NCBI GenBank assembly: GCA_965644295.1
Contig: CBFFRP010000416.1
Location: 30,060 to 94,059, forward strand
Reading direction: 5' to 3'
DNA: 64,000 nucleotides
DNA from: Paraphysomonas bandaiensis
Taxonomy: Eukaryota; Protista; Chrysophyceae
Below the pieces are notes generated by a model, which was not told where the DNA came from, made no database searches, and saw only the letters and a program-made list of their open reading frames with translations. How positions within the stretch are numbered: position 1 is the first letter of the stretch; the number at the start of each line of letters is the position of its first letter. This document shows, piece by piece, positions 46,781-59,443 of this stretch. The position numbers and the translations under genes were made by a program.

Positions 46781-46887
46781 AACCTAGTCAACTTGGTGGA
46801 ATTTCCTAGTCATTCCATTTTCAGTGTAAAACCTAGTCAAAGCCATAAATGACTCAACCTAGCCAAATATAGTATTAAACCTAGTCG
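46781..46887 (+). repeat. Cluster of five AACCTAGTCA-like motifs
   Basis: Copies at 46781, 46803, 46830, 46856 and 46878. Confidence 0.7.
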
Positions 46888-47229
46888 TTCTTATATCCAT
46901 TGATTACACATTGTGACTGTCTAAGATACGTGCAAACACCACACAACATATTGATGGCTCGTAGAGCATCACAACAAACATAACAATTCATTCATTTCTA
47001 CATAACAGTGTATGTGTATGTATATGCAGCATATCTGTATAGCTTATTAGTGTATGATGGTCTCTTATCAGTGTTATGAGGAGGAGGAGTGGTCAGTGTA
47101 GCTGTGCTGTGGACATACCCCCATGAATATACGTAGACAGACACCTGGAGATCTTCATACGCTATGAGTGAGATCGCTTACCTCCCTTAAGCGACTTGCT
47201 TGTTGAGCGACTGCTTTGACTTCCAGGAG

Positions 47230-47445
47230 GTACTACAATATTGTGATTGCTCACGGCGTTTGCACCTTGGTGCTTGCGGCGACGCATCAGCTGCTTCTAT
47301 AGCGTTAAATAGTAGGATGATAGAGTTTATTGTTTATACTAGTCAGTTACAGGTAGACGTCTATCTAGCTCGACTAGTTTTTATCTAGCTACAAAGCTGG
47401 TGCTGATTCTTAACGCCAATTGCTAATAATAAGACTTCCAGTATA
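47230..47445. mobile_element. Truncated copy of repeat family A
   Basis: gcaccttggtgcttgcggcgacgca...tagcgttaaatagtag...acgccaattgctaataataagacttccagtata aligns with 52255-52430. Confidence 0.8.
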
Positions 47446-48495
47446 CATGATTATGCCTCAATCGTCTTGTAGTCAGTAGGAGCTCTTCTAATTTATGAAT
47501 GTCATCGCAACAATTAGCACAATTAGATACAATTCATCACATATTATCTAATAACTCTAAACACTACAGTATGAATCACTGACACTCCATTAGAGTAAAA
47601 ATAAATAATGTCGTACTTGCAATGGCAATAGTGGGGTTATCTTATGATTATAACTTGAAATATATAACCATCAACAGGATAAATTCTCTGAAGATCACAA
47701 TCTTTATATCGCTGAACAAAGAACATCCAGTAGTTTAGGGATTACTTACTCACGTAATCGCAGAGATTACATAGCAAAGCCTGGGACATCATTAGACCAC
47801 AAGCGCCTCTTTCCCTCCATCCTTTCTGTGTGTTACTGTACTGTTACTGTGATGTAACTACGGGATCGAAATTCAGGAGTGAATATCAAAGACACTAACC
47901 CTAAACTGCTACTGTCCATCCTCCTCTACAGCCATATAACAATCATGAGCTGTACGAATAGACTGATCATCTCTATAGCATAGAGTACGTAATGCTGGTG
48001 CTCTACGGGCTATCAACCTAATGCATGATAAAGTAGCTGAAGTATAGCACTGCAGAGATATCGTGTATATAGAGGACAATGAACTGCTGCTGCTGCTGTA
48101 TATTGTTCTACTATTGGCTATATTAGTATTGAAGATTTGAAGGACTGAAAAAAAAGAACATCATATCATTGGTTTAAAACCCCCATGGGATGACTAAGAA
48201 ATTAGGGATTTCCGAGTTCCCTGTGACGCCCTGTAGTTTCATGGCATGCCATGTACGGTATTGATGAATTTCACGTACGATCCAAGTGGATAATCACTCT
48301 TATATACAGTATAAACATATGATTACATACTTCATCATACATTCACTTCATCATACATTCACTTCTTGTCATCCAATTTAAGTAAAGACGAAGTTTTTAT
48401 ATGACTCTATTCATATATAGTGTATAGTATATCAATCCCTGTGAAGTGTGTATGAATACATACATACATATATATAAAGAGGCTCATATATAGTC

Positions 48496-51176
48496 ATGTT
48501 TAAGTTCTTTGGTAGTCAAACTAATCATACAATATACTGTGAATCAACCAAACGTAAATGTGGTGATCCTAAACTACAATCAAAAGAATCATTACAACCT
48601 TCTGAGATTCTTGTATTTCGTATCCTTGTCCTTGTATCCTTATTTGCTACAGCAGCATTATGTGGATCACTCTCGTATATTATATTACGGAAATCAGAAG
48701 AAGATCATTATAAATCACAGTATGATTCATTAACACAACAATTTAAAAGATCAGCTGAAGATTTTATACGTAAATTTCATGCATCTACTGATGAGATTGC
48801 CACTATAGCTGCTATTCATTTCCCGAATGCCTCTACTTGGCCCAATGCACATATACCGAAGTATTATTTACTCAATGAGGAACTGAATAAGGTGACAGGT
48901 GGTACGTATTCCGGTGTATGGCCCATTGTAAAACCCAATGAGATATATAGCTTTCAAAACTATAGTAAAGACTTCATCGATTCTGATCCGTACATGTCGT
49001 CATTCTTTCAATACTATTCACTTATCGGTTTTGGGATATATAATTTTGACGAAAATAGTATATTTCATGAGTACACGGGCTATATAGAAGGAAGTGATCG
49101 TCGCTTCTTTGCACCGGCTGTGTCTGTGGCTTCGAGCGTGATTGAAAGTGGTATCCTTATGCTAAACATTCGCGCGATCCCTTTTGTCGCCTCTGCCATG
49201 GATGATGTCATGGATTGTGTTGATGCTGGACATACCTCGTGTGCGAGTATGACCCACTTCACAAGCCCGAATCAACCGGACACATTCCTCTTGCGCCCAA
49301 TATTTTCGATGGATGGGAGAGAAGAACTTGTTGGATTTAGTTCGGTGAACTTCAATTGGGAAGTGGAACTATCCAAGATTTCTCCTGGTGTATCTGCTTT
49401 GGACGTAGTTCTTGAGTCCAACTCGGGAGTCCAAACATTTGCCATCGACGGCGGTGTTGCTGTACATAAAGGAGAAGGAGACCACCATAACAAGAGATTT
49501 AACAACATGCGCGTCAAGATCTATCTTAGAGTAGAGGATACCGAAGCAGCTAATTCAGCAGTATACATCCTGAATGTCTACCCCACCGCTGAGTTTGTTG
49601 ACGACTATCTTTCTGAAACACCTTTGTACGCTAGCATCGGTTCAATATCTTTGATTGTTTTCTCCTCCATTATATTCTTTAGCTATGATTACTTTGTTAA
49701 GGAAGAAGACCGCGCTAAGATCCAGTTGCTGAACGCTAAGCGTGATTTCGTTCGCTTTATTTCACACGAGATTCGTACCCCTCTCAACACTCTTTCCGTG
49801 GGTCTTAGCCTTATGGAAGAAGGAATCACAGGTTCGAAGAAGATGTCTAATGAGGAGGTATTGGATCTCAACCGAGAAATGCAGTCTGGCACGGAAACTG
49901 CGGTGTCAGTTCTGAATGATTTGCTTAACTTTGACAAGCTTGAGGCAGGGGAATTTGGTATCACTCAAGTTGCTGTGCCTGTGTGGTCCCTTGTGGAGTC
50001 GGTTTTTAAGAGCTTCCGCATGACTGCAGTGCACAAAGATATCAGTATGACAATTGATTTTGAGAGAGGAGATAACCTAAACGTTAGCCGAGATAAGCTT
50101 GTTATAATTGGCGATCACATGAAGATCGCACAGGTTTTTCGGAACCTTATATCGAATGCGCTAAAGTTTACCAATCGATGCGGGAGTATATCAGTGAAGG
50201 TATCGTGTAAGACTGCCGATGAACTTGATACCACTGAGAACCAGGCTCTTGATCCACTTAGAGATACGCAAATTACTGAAAGTAATCTCGTAGACATCGA
50301 CAAAGCGATTGGCAAGGTGGTGATATCAGTTACGGATACGGGGTATGGAATTTCTCAGGGGGACATTAAGAAAGTTTTTTCCGATGGTATGCAGTTTAAG
50401 CCGAATGAGCTCCAAGCAGGACAAGGAAGTGGTTTGGGGCTGTTTTTATCCTATAAAATAGTGCAGTTGCACCATGGGTACGTTGAATATTAAGTATATT
50501 GCTGCATCAATGATTTAACACTTGCCTCTGTAGCCGTATATGGGTGACTTCAGAAGGAGAGAATAAGGGCACTTCTTTCTTCGTGGAATTACCACTATAT
50601 GCTGCGTCAGATAGCTTCACCTTAGAGTTGACCACTGGGGAATCTCACCCTCCGTCCCCGCACTCTTTCCATGGAGAGTCTTCGATAGTCCCCGCAGCCT
50701 CACCTGGAGTTTTGTTAGGATCTTTAGACGATACACTGGAAGGATCTGGAGATAACGCTGATGAAATGGATAGTGTTTTGCCTCCTATCTCACAGGCGCC
50801 GAAGAAAATTGAGAAATTGTTGGTGGTGGATGATACTGGGTCCAATCGAAAGATGGTATGTCGAATACTTAAAAACCGTGGTTATCAATGCTTGGAAGCG
50901 AAAGATGGGAAGGAGTGTATACAAATAATGACAACCGAAAATGCATCTTTGGGGATAGACTGTATCTTAATGGATTTTGAGATGCCTGAGCTAAATGGAC
51001 CTGATGCCACCAAGCAACTCAGGGCTAAAGGTTTCACATTACCAATCATAGGTCTGACGGGAAATGTCATGGTAGACGATGTGAATCATTTCCTGATATG
51101 TGGGGCTGATCACGTGCTTGCGAAACCTTTTCAAATCGACCAGTTTGTAGGATTCCTGAATCAGCGCTCGGTATGA
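48496..51176 (+). CDS. Membrane hybrid histidine kinase (2 TM + extracellular sensor, HisKA, HATPase_c, receiver); intron ~50478-50533
   Basis: H-box FISHEIRTPL, N-box RNLISNALKFT, G1 DTGYGI, G2 GSGLGL; receiver VVDD..LMDFEMP..LTG..AKP. Confidence 0.93.
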
Positions 51177-51943
51177 AGCTGCGATTTCTTCATCAGAATT
51201 CATTCTCGTATCCGTTTTAAATGTGTGGTGAGCACTGAAGTCAAAATTTATTTCTAACAGTATATATGTAATTGTGTTGTCATATTTTCCTGGTACTGTT
51301 GCTCTTGTTTCCGTTGTAATTGTTGGGAGGCAATGATGTTGTTGGTGTTGTGCACATTTGTGACTGTTGGCTGTTGGTCACTATCACATCGTGTACAATT
51401 CAGGACAGCTTAAGACGTGAATGTAAGCATTGCCTTGTGTAATATATAGGGAAATATACTGTTATATCCATAATACTCTTCTCAGTAAAGTGTATGCGGT
51501 AGTTGTTACGATGATAATAATCTTGTTTTTGTTGGAAAATGTTCATTCTTTAACTTGATCTCAGAGAGAACTTGTCGTTAGACTAGATAGATGAATTAAT
51601 ATCGTTCTCATTTTGCTCCACGCATAATCATCTACTACATGTGTGAACTTGTGAACCTCTCGCTACTAAACATATCTTGAAAGAGCAAACTATTTCAGTT
51701 TCTCTTTATCATTACAGCATTTGTACATCACCAATTCACTGTGCAATTATTGAGCAGTGCTGCTTGTCTGTAAGCAAATAAAAGCTTTATTATTGGAATT
51801 TGACACTACTCTAAAGCTAACCTTTTTCTACACGTAAATCTCCTTAATCTTGCCTGCTTTATTGCACACAATGTACAATGTACTGTCAAGTGTCAAGTAA
51901 GAGTTATATTTTTTAATCAATACTTCACAACATATTCATATAA

Positions 51944-53750
51944 CACCCTCAACAATGTCGGACTCGCACCTTTTCGTGGTGTTCTGGGGGATAAATACCG
52001 GAGAGATTCTCTCTTGGAATTTAACGTGAGCCGCAAACATAGTCAGCAGATATTCTTCTGTCCACTCGTAGCCGAATCTTGTGTGGTACAAGGTACACCA
52101 ATAAGTGTCACTTGTGTAGACGTCTTTGGGCCCTTACGAATAAACAGGCATCCATGGGAATGGGCCCACCTGAAGAGTAACCGGGGTATTGGGCTGCCTG
52201 CTGAAGTCAAGCATCCGGGATGTTCACCTTAAGAACTCAGAGCGGAAGTGGTCGCACCTTGGTGCTTGCGGCGATGCACAAGCAGCTTCCGTAGCGTTAA
52301 ATAGTAGAATAAAAATGTGTGTACTGATTAGTTAAAGGTAGAGGTCTAACTAGTTTGTCTATCATTCATCTAGCTACTAAATCGGTGCAGAATTTTAACA
52401 CCTATTGCTAATAACAAGACTTTCAATATAAGTACTAGATAGATTTTTGTATAGTTTTACACATACCTGTCTATTGCTAAATAACCAGATATAATAATAT
52501 GACAGAACTACATACTACTACCTACTATCACTCCAGCTTGCTGTTGACAATGCATTGCATGTAGCGTAGTATACATTTGTGCCTTTCATTCCCATGAACA
52601 CGGACAACTTATACGGAGATTTCTAAATTTATTAAGTTGCAATCATGGATATCTTTTCAGCTTTTCAGTCATCAATAGGAGAATAGAATTGTAATGCTAA
52701 ATTAGTTCGGACTCGTAAACGCCTATTGCTAATAATAATATATTCACTACTACTGAATATGTGTCTCCTTGAAATATCAAGAAAATGTAGAATTAGACAG
52801 AAGACAATAGTATTGTTGACTATCACTCAACAGTAACTCTTTCTAATAATGCCTTTGAAATCAGAATGAAGTCGGTTAGCTAATGTATCAAAAAAATTCT
52901 GAATAACTTCAAAGATATTTCTTACCAATAATACGTCATGTCAATGCCAGTGTTCAATTCTATCAAAACACCAACAAGATATGTGAAACAGTACTACAAC
53001 AAAAATTAAAATGGAATAGTCATCCGTGTGTTAAACATGTCAAAACATATTACAAAATTACCCATATTGTTATTATTAGCAATTACAAAGTTACAAAGTT
53101 ATTAGCAATAGACATGCAAGAGCCAGAACTAATGTAGCAAAGCAATTTAACTAACTTGTTCTTATCTGTGATATCCTACAATTTGGCGCTACGGAAGCTC
53201 CTTGTGCGTCGCCGCAAACACCAAGGTGCGACCACTTCCGCTCTGAGTTCTTAAGGTGAACATCCCGGATGCTTGACTTCAGCAGGCAGCCCAATACCCC
53301 GGTTACCTTTCAGGTGGGCCCATTCCCATGGATGCCTGTTTATTCGTAAGGGCCCAAAGACGTCTACACAAGTGACACTTATTGGTGTACCTTGTACCAC
53401 ACAAGATTCGGCTACGAGTGGACAGAAGAATATCTGCTGACTATGTTTGCAGCTCACGTTAAATTCCAAGAGAGAATCTCTCCGGTATTTATCCCCCAGA
53501 ACACCACGAAAAGGTACGAGTCCGACTTTGTTGAGGGGTGAGCATGTGAACATCTATTCTGAGGGTTGCACCTTGGTGTTTGCGGCGACGCACAAACAGC
53601 TTTCGTAGCGCCAAATTGTAGGATATCAGAGATAAGAACGCCTACTGCTAAATAACAAGACTTTCAATATATATCAGAGATAAGAACAAGTTAGTTAAAT
53701 TGCTTTGCTACATTAGTTCTGGCTCTTGCATGTCTATTGCTAATAGGAAG
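51944..53750. mobile_element. Composite nested inverted-repeat insertion of family A
   Basis: 51944-52296 is a near-identical inverted copy of 53187-53540; 53100-53233 is inverted at 53564-53745; flanks rejoin to match 35850-36165. Confidence 0.8.
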
Positions 53751-54268
53751 ATATCCACTACTGTTTTCCGAAACATATGTTTCTCATATGTTCACCAGTC
53801 ACTTCTATATTTTACATAGTCACACGTCACACATCAGTACCTGAATTTACTTCCTTTGTAACAATAGTCACTATTCACCTGTTGCACTGTGCACCTATGC
53901 GTTGATTTATTCTATTGCACACTATTAACTCACTTCAACAGCACAACATATATCGCATCATACTGCAGAACTCAACAAACTCCACTATAATCTTAACAGC
54001 TTTATCTTTTCTCATGAGATATGCTGCATTCTGTATTCCACCAAAGGTTGGTAGAAAATTGAAAACCCACGAAGAGCTGTAGACTGCATATACTACGGAC
54101 CCTAGCCGACTCCAATATATTCTCCATTATACGACATAACTGTAGCATATCATTGACAAGAGTAGCGTTTATTAACACCAGGCACATAATATAGACTTTG
54201 CATAATTGGGAATTTCGTAAAAGCAAAATATCCATTGCGCAATATAAAGGAGACAACTACCATCTATT

Positions 54269-55728
54269 CTACATCACATATTTCCTGTGTCTTCTACGTT
54301 TCATCCGTTTCATCGGAATGAAATCAGCTTTCGTTTCACTGTAACTACTTTCAGTTTCCACTTTTCTTTTATTTCGGGATGCAGGTTTATAAACCGAAGT
54401 GTCGCTCATAGTCAAATTGGGACTTAAATTCACCTTGCGACCACACTCACATTGCATTGAAATTAGCTGGGTGTCTTCTTCAGATACCTTATCATTTTCA
54501 GCACTATCTACCATGGTGATATTTCTATCACAAACGGATGTTGAAAGCTGTAGCGCTCTGGGATCTTAAACGATTATTATAACGCAAGAAATTAGGAACA
54601 CGAATAGATACAGTGGTTTGAATATACCTGATATGAGCCCATCGATGTAGCAGACCCATTGGCTCTGGCGTAACGGTAAAATCTGAGCACTCCTCAGTGC
54701 CATTAAGGTGACAGATCGAGAAAGACTGCAGCACTGTCATTTGGACTGAAAAATCAGATAATCACATATCCATCAATACACAAATGACGCAATATCTACG
54801 TATTTAATATAAAATCTGTTAAGAGCACCTGAAAACCATTGGTCCAAGAGTGTCCATAGTAAAAGGTGACACCATGGGGATATTTCTCAATACCACAGTT
54901 AGCAACTGCGCACATATGTTACAACAAACGCATTACACAACACTCTCAGAGAGACAAGTGCTTCTAAATCAATATGATGGACCATGATATTCTATTCATT
55001 GCATCTACCGTCCTATAAATTATACACTCTACATACCTTGGCGTGCTTATATTTATCAGGAAGTTTAGATGAGGATAGCCGGCCATCTCCACAAACCACA
55101 TTAACGATAAGATTGCTCGGTGGTATACCAGGTAGAGCCATTAGTCCACTGTCGTCAAACACTCCTCCATCGATATGAGGTGTGCTATCAATAATTACAG
55201 GTTGGAAGAGACCTGGAAAAGTGCAGGAAGCACGCACGGCGGTTGCCAAACAGCCCTTTGTAATCAGGTTTGTGCGCAAACGCACCAAATCAAAAGCGGT
55301 GACTCCAAGTGGAATATGACACTCCTCTATACTCTTCACTCGTAAAGTCTTTTCCAAAACATTATGAAATAGCTGTCCTTGTAGAAGACCACCAACTCCA
55401 CCCATATCCCATACATCACTACGTTTAATCGCCATCAAAGGCGCAATCATCTCTTTAGGCCGCATTCCCGATGCATAAAACCCCCCAACCTGATAACTAT
55501 AAGCCTATGTATACATATATAAGCATGAGGAGAACATACCAGTGCCCCTGCAGATGATCCAGACATATGTGTTGCACGCAGACAAGTCCCTCCATTGTCT
55601 GTTTTGCAATCAAGAGCATTGAGTACACCTGATAGAGCATAGAACCGAAAGAAACCAGGGCTCAATGCAAGAGCATAGTCTGTTGTGCTCAGAAGCTCTA
55701 GTAGAGATGTATCGACAAAGTCATTCAT
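54269..55728 (-). CDS. Patatin-like phospholipase, ~5 exons
   Basis: LALSPGFFRFY, GSSAG nucleophile elbow, AVRASCTFPGLF, DGG motif; 3' exons join in frame to ORF 54269-54514. Confidence 0.85.
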
Positions 55729-55812
55729 TGCCAGTCCTGCCCTTATTACTGTAATCGTCTACGCAAGAGCACGTCAACAAGCCACAGCAAGATAGCGCAC
55801 TGTATGGACAGT

Positions 55813-56232
55813 ATACATACATACATACATACATACATACATACATACATACATACATACATACATACATACATACATACATACATACATACATACATAC
55901 ATACATACATACATACATACATACATACATACATACATACATACATACATACATACATACATACATACATACATACATACATACATACATACATACATAC
56001 ATACATACATACATACATACATACATACATACATACATACATACATACATACATACATACATACATACATACATACATACATACATACATACATACATAC
56101 ATACATACATACATACATACATACATACATACATACATACGTACATACATACATACATACATACATACATACATACATACGTACCTACCTACAAACCTAC
56201 CTACCTACCTACATACATACATACATACATAT
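55813..56232. repeat. (TACA)n microsatellite, ~420 bp
   Basis: Direct reading. Confidence 0.98.
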
Positions 56233-56825
56233 GTACAGTCATACTTGGAATACATTGAGTGTATTTTGGGGTATCGTGATTGCAATATTTTTTATTTTGG
56301 GTTATCTCTGGAGTATATATACAGCAGTGGATTCTCGTAGTGACAAATTAATCAAACTGAGATTTTTAAATCTAGAAATCCAAAATTTCTCGTGTCAAAA
56401 AAAAGGCTGTAGGCCTTCACTCACTTTGTCATATATTTCTATTCATTCATTTCTCTGATTTCATACATTCATACATTTTAGTTGCAAAACTCTAACATTT
56501 ATAGTACATCTGACTATTATTTCGAGGTATCATACTCAATATCTTACCGTTTTGTATTAAAAAACACCTAATTTTATATCTTTCCCTCAAAATCTACAAT
56601 TTTTGAATTAATATACAGAGGTATATACTCTGCTTTGTACAGCAGTTCAGCAGTATATAGAAATCTCTGTAGAGTATACATATACATGATTATATATGTA
56701 TATTCTAGATTACATATAGACATATAGACTATACTGTCAGACCATCTCCATTAATAGAAACTAAGAGACTCTCATTCACTGACTCTCATCTTTCCCCCTC
56801 ATGTTCAGTTGACATACCCTCAACT

Positions 56826-58740
56826 ATGGATGATCATATTGAAGAATTAAAGCATAGAGGTAATGAGCATTATCAGAGTAAGAGATATGAGGATGCTGTG
56901 TCTTGTTATACACATGTAAGTCAATGAGTTATATGATGATTATCATATGAACATATACCTCTATAGGCTCTGGATATGAACCCGAATCATGTTCTGTGTT
57001 TGGGCAATAGGAGTGCCTGTTATTTGGCTATGAAACAGTATGACAAGGCTGTACATGATGCCAAACAAGCCTTACAACTAGATCACAATTATATTAAAGG
57101 ATACTTTCGTTTAGCAACATCACTTAAACTGAAGAAATGTTATACAGAGGCTGTGAAGGTGTCGTCTCGTGGACTGGCTATTGATCCAGACAATGCAGCC
57201 TTGAAAAAACTTCATGCATCGTGTTTACAAGAACAACAAAACGAGAAAGTTTCTAAGAAAATGTTTCGCAATTTATACAGCGACCAGCCTGCTGTTTCTT
57301 CAATAGGTCATGACGATGTAGCAGCCAATGGAGAACCCTCAGGACAGAACGAAAAAGCTTATACTGATTTGGAAAAACGAATACATTCTTGCCTTAGCAG
57401 TTTGTTGACACGTCTAAAGAATGGCGAATTCGGTCCGAATGATGCGTCCGTGCATATGCTTCAGGGAACGTTCAAAAAGCTCGTAGAAAAGGATACGTTC
57501 ACGGATATTTTGTTTCCTGGTGTGCCTGCGGACGTCCTCAAGGACTTGCCGAAGTCCCTTCCAGAAGTTTTTCAGTGGGAATATATGCCACATCTAATGG
57601 CAGGTGCGCTGGACAAAATGACACGGTCCGCCGCGCGAATTCTTGAAGGTGTCAGAAGCCGTGGGGCTGCAAGGGGTGACACAATGGACGCAGCTACAGA
57701 ATCTGTTTTAGTTCCGCAGATTGCACAAGAGACCTTCGCCCGTGAGCTGGTGGAGATGGTACGAAACATCAGCAAGCGCGCAAGTAGTGTAAACGCACGT
57801 TTGAACCTTCGCCTTGCTTCACCAGATGCTGAGGAAGGGTCTATGGACCAGCTGGATGATTCAACTTTATCTGAGCTGGTTGGAGGAGAGGGATTGGCGG
57901 TGCAGGATGCGTTTATGGGAGCAGAATGGGCAGAAGTTGTGTTGTCCGATATCGTAAGATACGCTTCGGAGGAGAGTATGACAGAAATGACATTTACTAC
58001 CCGAATGGCGCCACTGTCGACAGATAAGTCAGCTGTATCTAGCGAGGTTGCTGGAGACAGAGCGAGAATAGCTTGGGTAGAAGGCCGTGACATTGAGACA
58101 GCTTACCCCGCTCTGGCAGAAGCCATACATAACTTGCATGCACTCACATATGAGATAAACGGTAAAAAGTACCATATGTATGATTATAATGTACTTTGAA
58201 TTATACATGTTCGAAATCTACGTTCTCAATTAGTATGGCCACGAAAGTAATTTCTTGTAATTTCTTAGCGAAGTCTGAGTCTTGCATGAAGCTCCTGGAG
58301 CCGTCCAGAGGATTCACTATGCTGTCACACATCCCTGTTGGAGGAATTCAACCAGCGCGCTATGACAACAGCACTGGTGAAAACGATTCTGGCATACGGT
58401 ACTGTACTCTAGCGATATCTCACCATTGTTTTATAACCATTACTGTGGAACAGACTTAGCTGCGTCTATAATATTGTCCCAGATGATACTGATGCAAGCG
58501 ATGAGCCGGTAGCGGTGTCGAAGTACGTTATGTCTACGAGCACTGCTGTAGAGAGGTCGATAGATATTGTTAACGACAGGTATTTTTTGTCATATATGGA
58601 GTGTTGCCAATAAAAAGCTTTTCTGTAGGTTATTGCTGTTTAAGTCCCTCGAAGTTAAGAACTCAAGGACTGCAGCTACAAGAGAGTATTATCAGTTATG
58701 TTTTTACATTCACGCCAATGTATGGTCCGATAGTAGTTAG
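56826..58740 (+). CDS. TPR protein with a C-terminal degenerate EGLN/PHD-like 2OG-Fe(II) dioxygenase domain, 5 exons
   Basis: ELKHRGNEHY..YEDAVSCYTHAL..NRSACY..KGYFR TPRs; LAVQDAFMG, RIAWVEG, RYDNSTG..GIRLSCVY and DRLLLFKS resemble PHD. Confidence 0.75.
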
Positions 58741-59443
58741 AATGTATTGATGCCGAATGTGGACGAGCTGTGGTATATATATTATGACTAATTATATTAG
58801 TTTTTTAGTTATGTTACGCCCAGTAGAATTCCACATATTATCTGAAGTCTATTTTTACACAACGCAACAAGTTAATAGTCACGTAACACAGATAACATTG
58901 TTGGCTTGCTCCACGGATTCATTCTTAGCATGTGGTTGTGACTGAGTGTTGCGGTTGTAACGTTCTAAATGCTAGCCAACACAGTTCTAGCTGCGCGTTA
59001 TATATTACTGTTGCATGACTAGCTATAAGCTGGGTATATGAGGAATAAGGACAATACAAGTAATCTTCACTAAAATGCACGAGACTGAGCAGAATCGAGG
59101 CAAGCATTTAAATTGGATGTCATATTTACTAGTTACTAGAACGTCTATAGTAGTCTGTATACCGTATATTATACACTATACACATTGTACATCGCACCAT
59201 TACTTTGTTTGCTATCTTGCTGAATGGATACGAAGTAGAGTTGGTATATTCTTATCATTATTCATTCCCACGACTCTAATGAAAACATATTAACTATTTT
59301 TACTATTTCGGGCAACTGCCAACATTAGACGGTTAATTTCTTTCAAAATCACTCGAATTAGCAGGTCGAGGAGAAATTTATCTAATACGTCGTTGCACAC
59401 ACACCACATGCTAATATTAGGATGCGCAACTAAACCAACACGT

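Noticed and set aside
51944-52430. Structured ncRNA (hammerhead/HDV ribozyme, omegaRNA, SRP, RNase P/MRP)
   Set aside because: Small hairpins and a CTGAAGA are present, but I could not assemble a conserved core and there is no TnpB/IscB ORF. An Infernal search would settle it
53176-53200. LTR end plus tRNA primer-binding site (CTACA-ATT-TGGCGCTACGG)
   Set aside because: Looks PBS-like, but no direct LTR pair or matching tRNA is visible and other copies read TAGCG/TAACG; kept only as an alternative hypothesis
52014-53553. Duplicated small protein genes 52014-52232 and 53251-53553
   Set aside because: Non-ATG or chance frames within the inverted repeat; the family's recurring peptide is on the opposite strand
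55721-56340. MYVC/HTYI repeat ORFs (also 61950-62303)
   Set aside because: Translations of (TACA)n microsatellites
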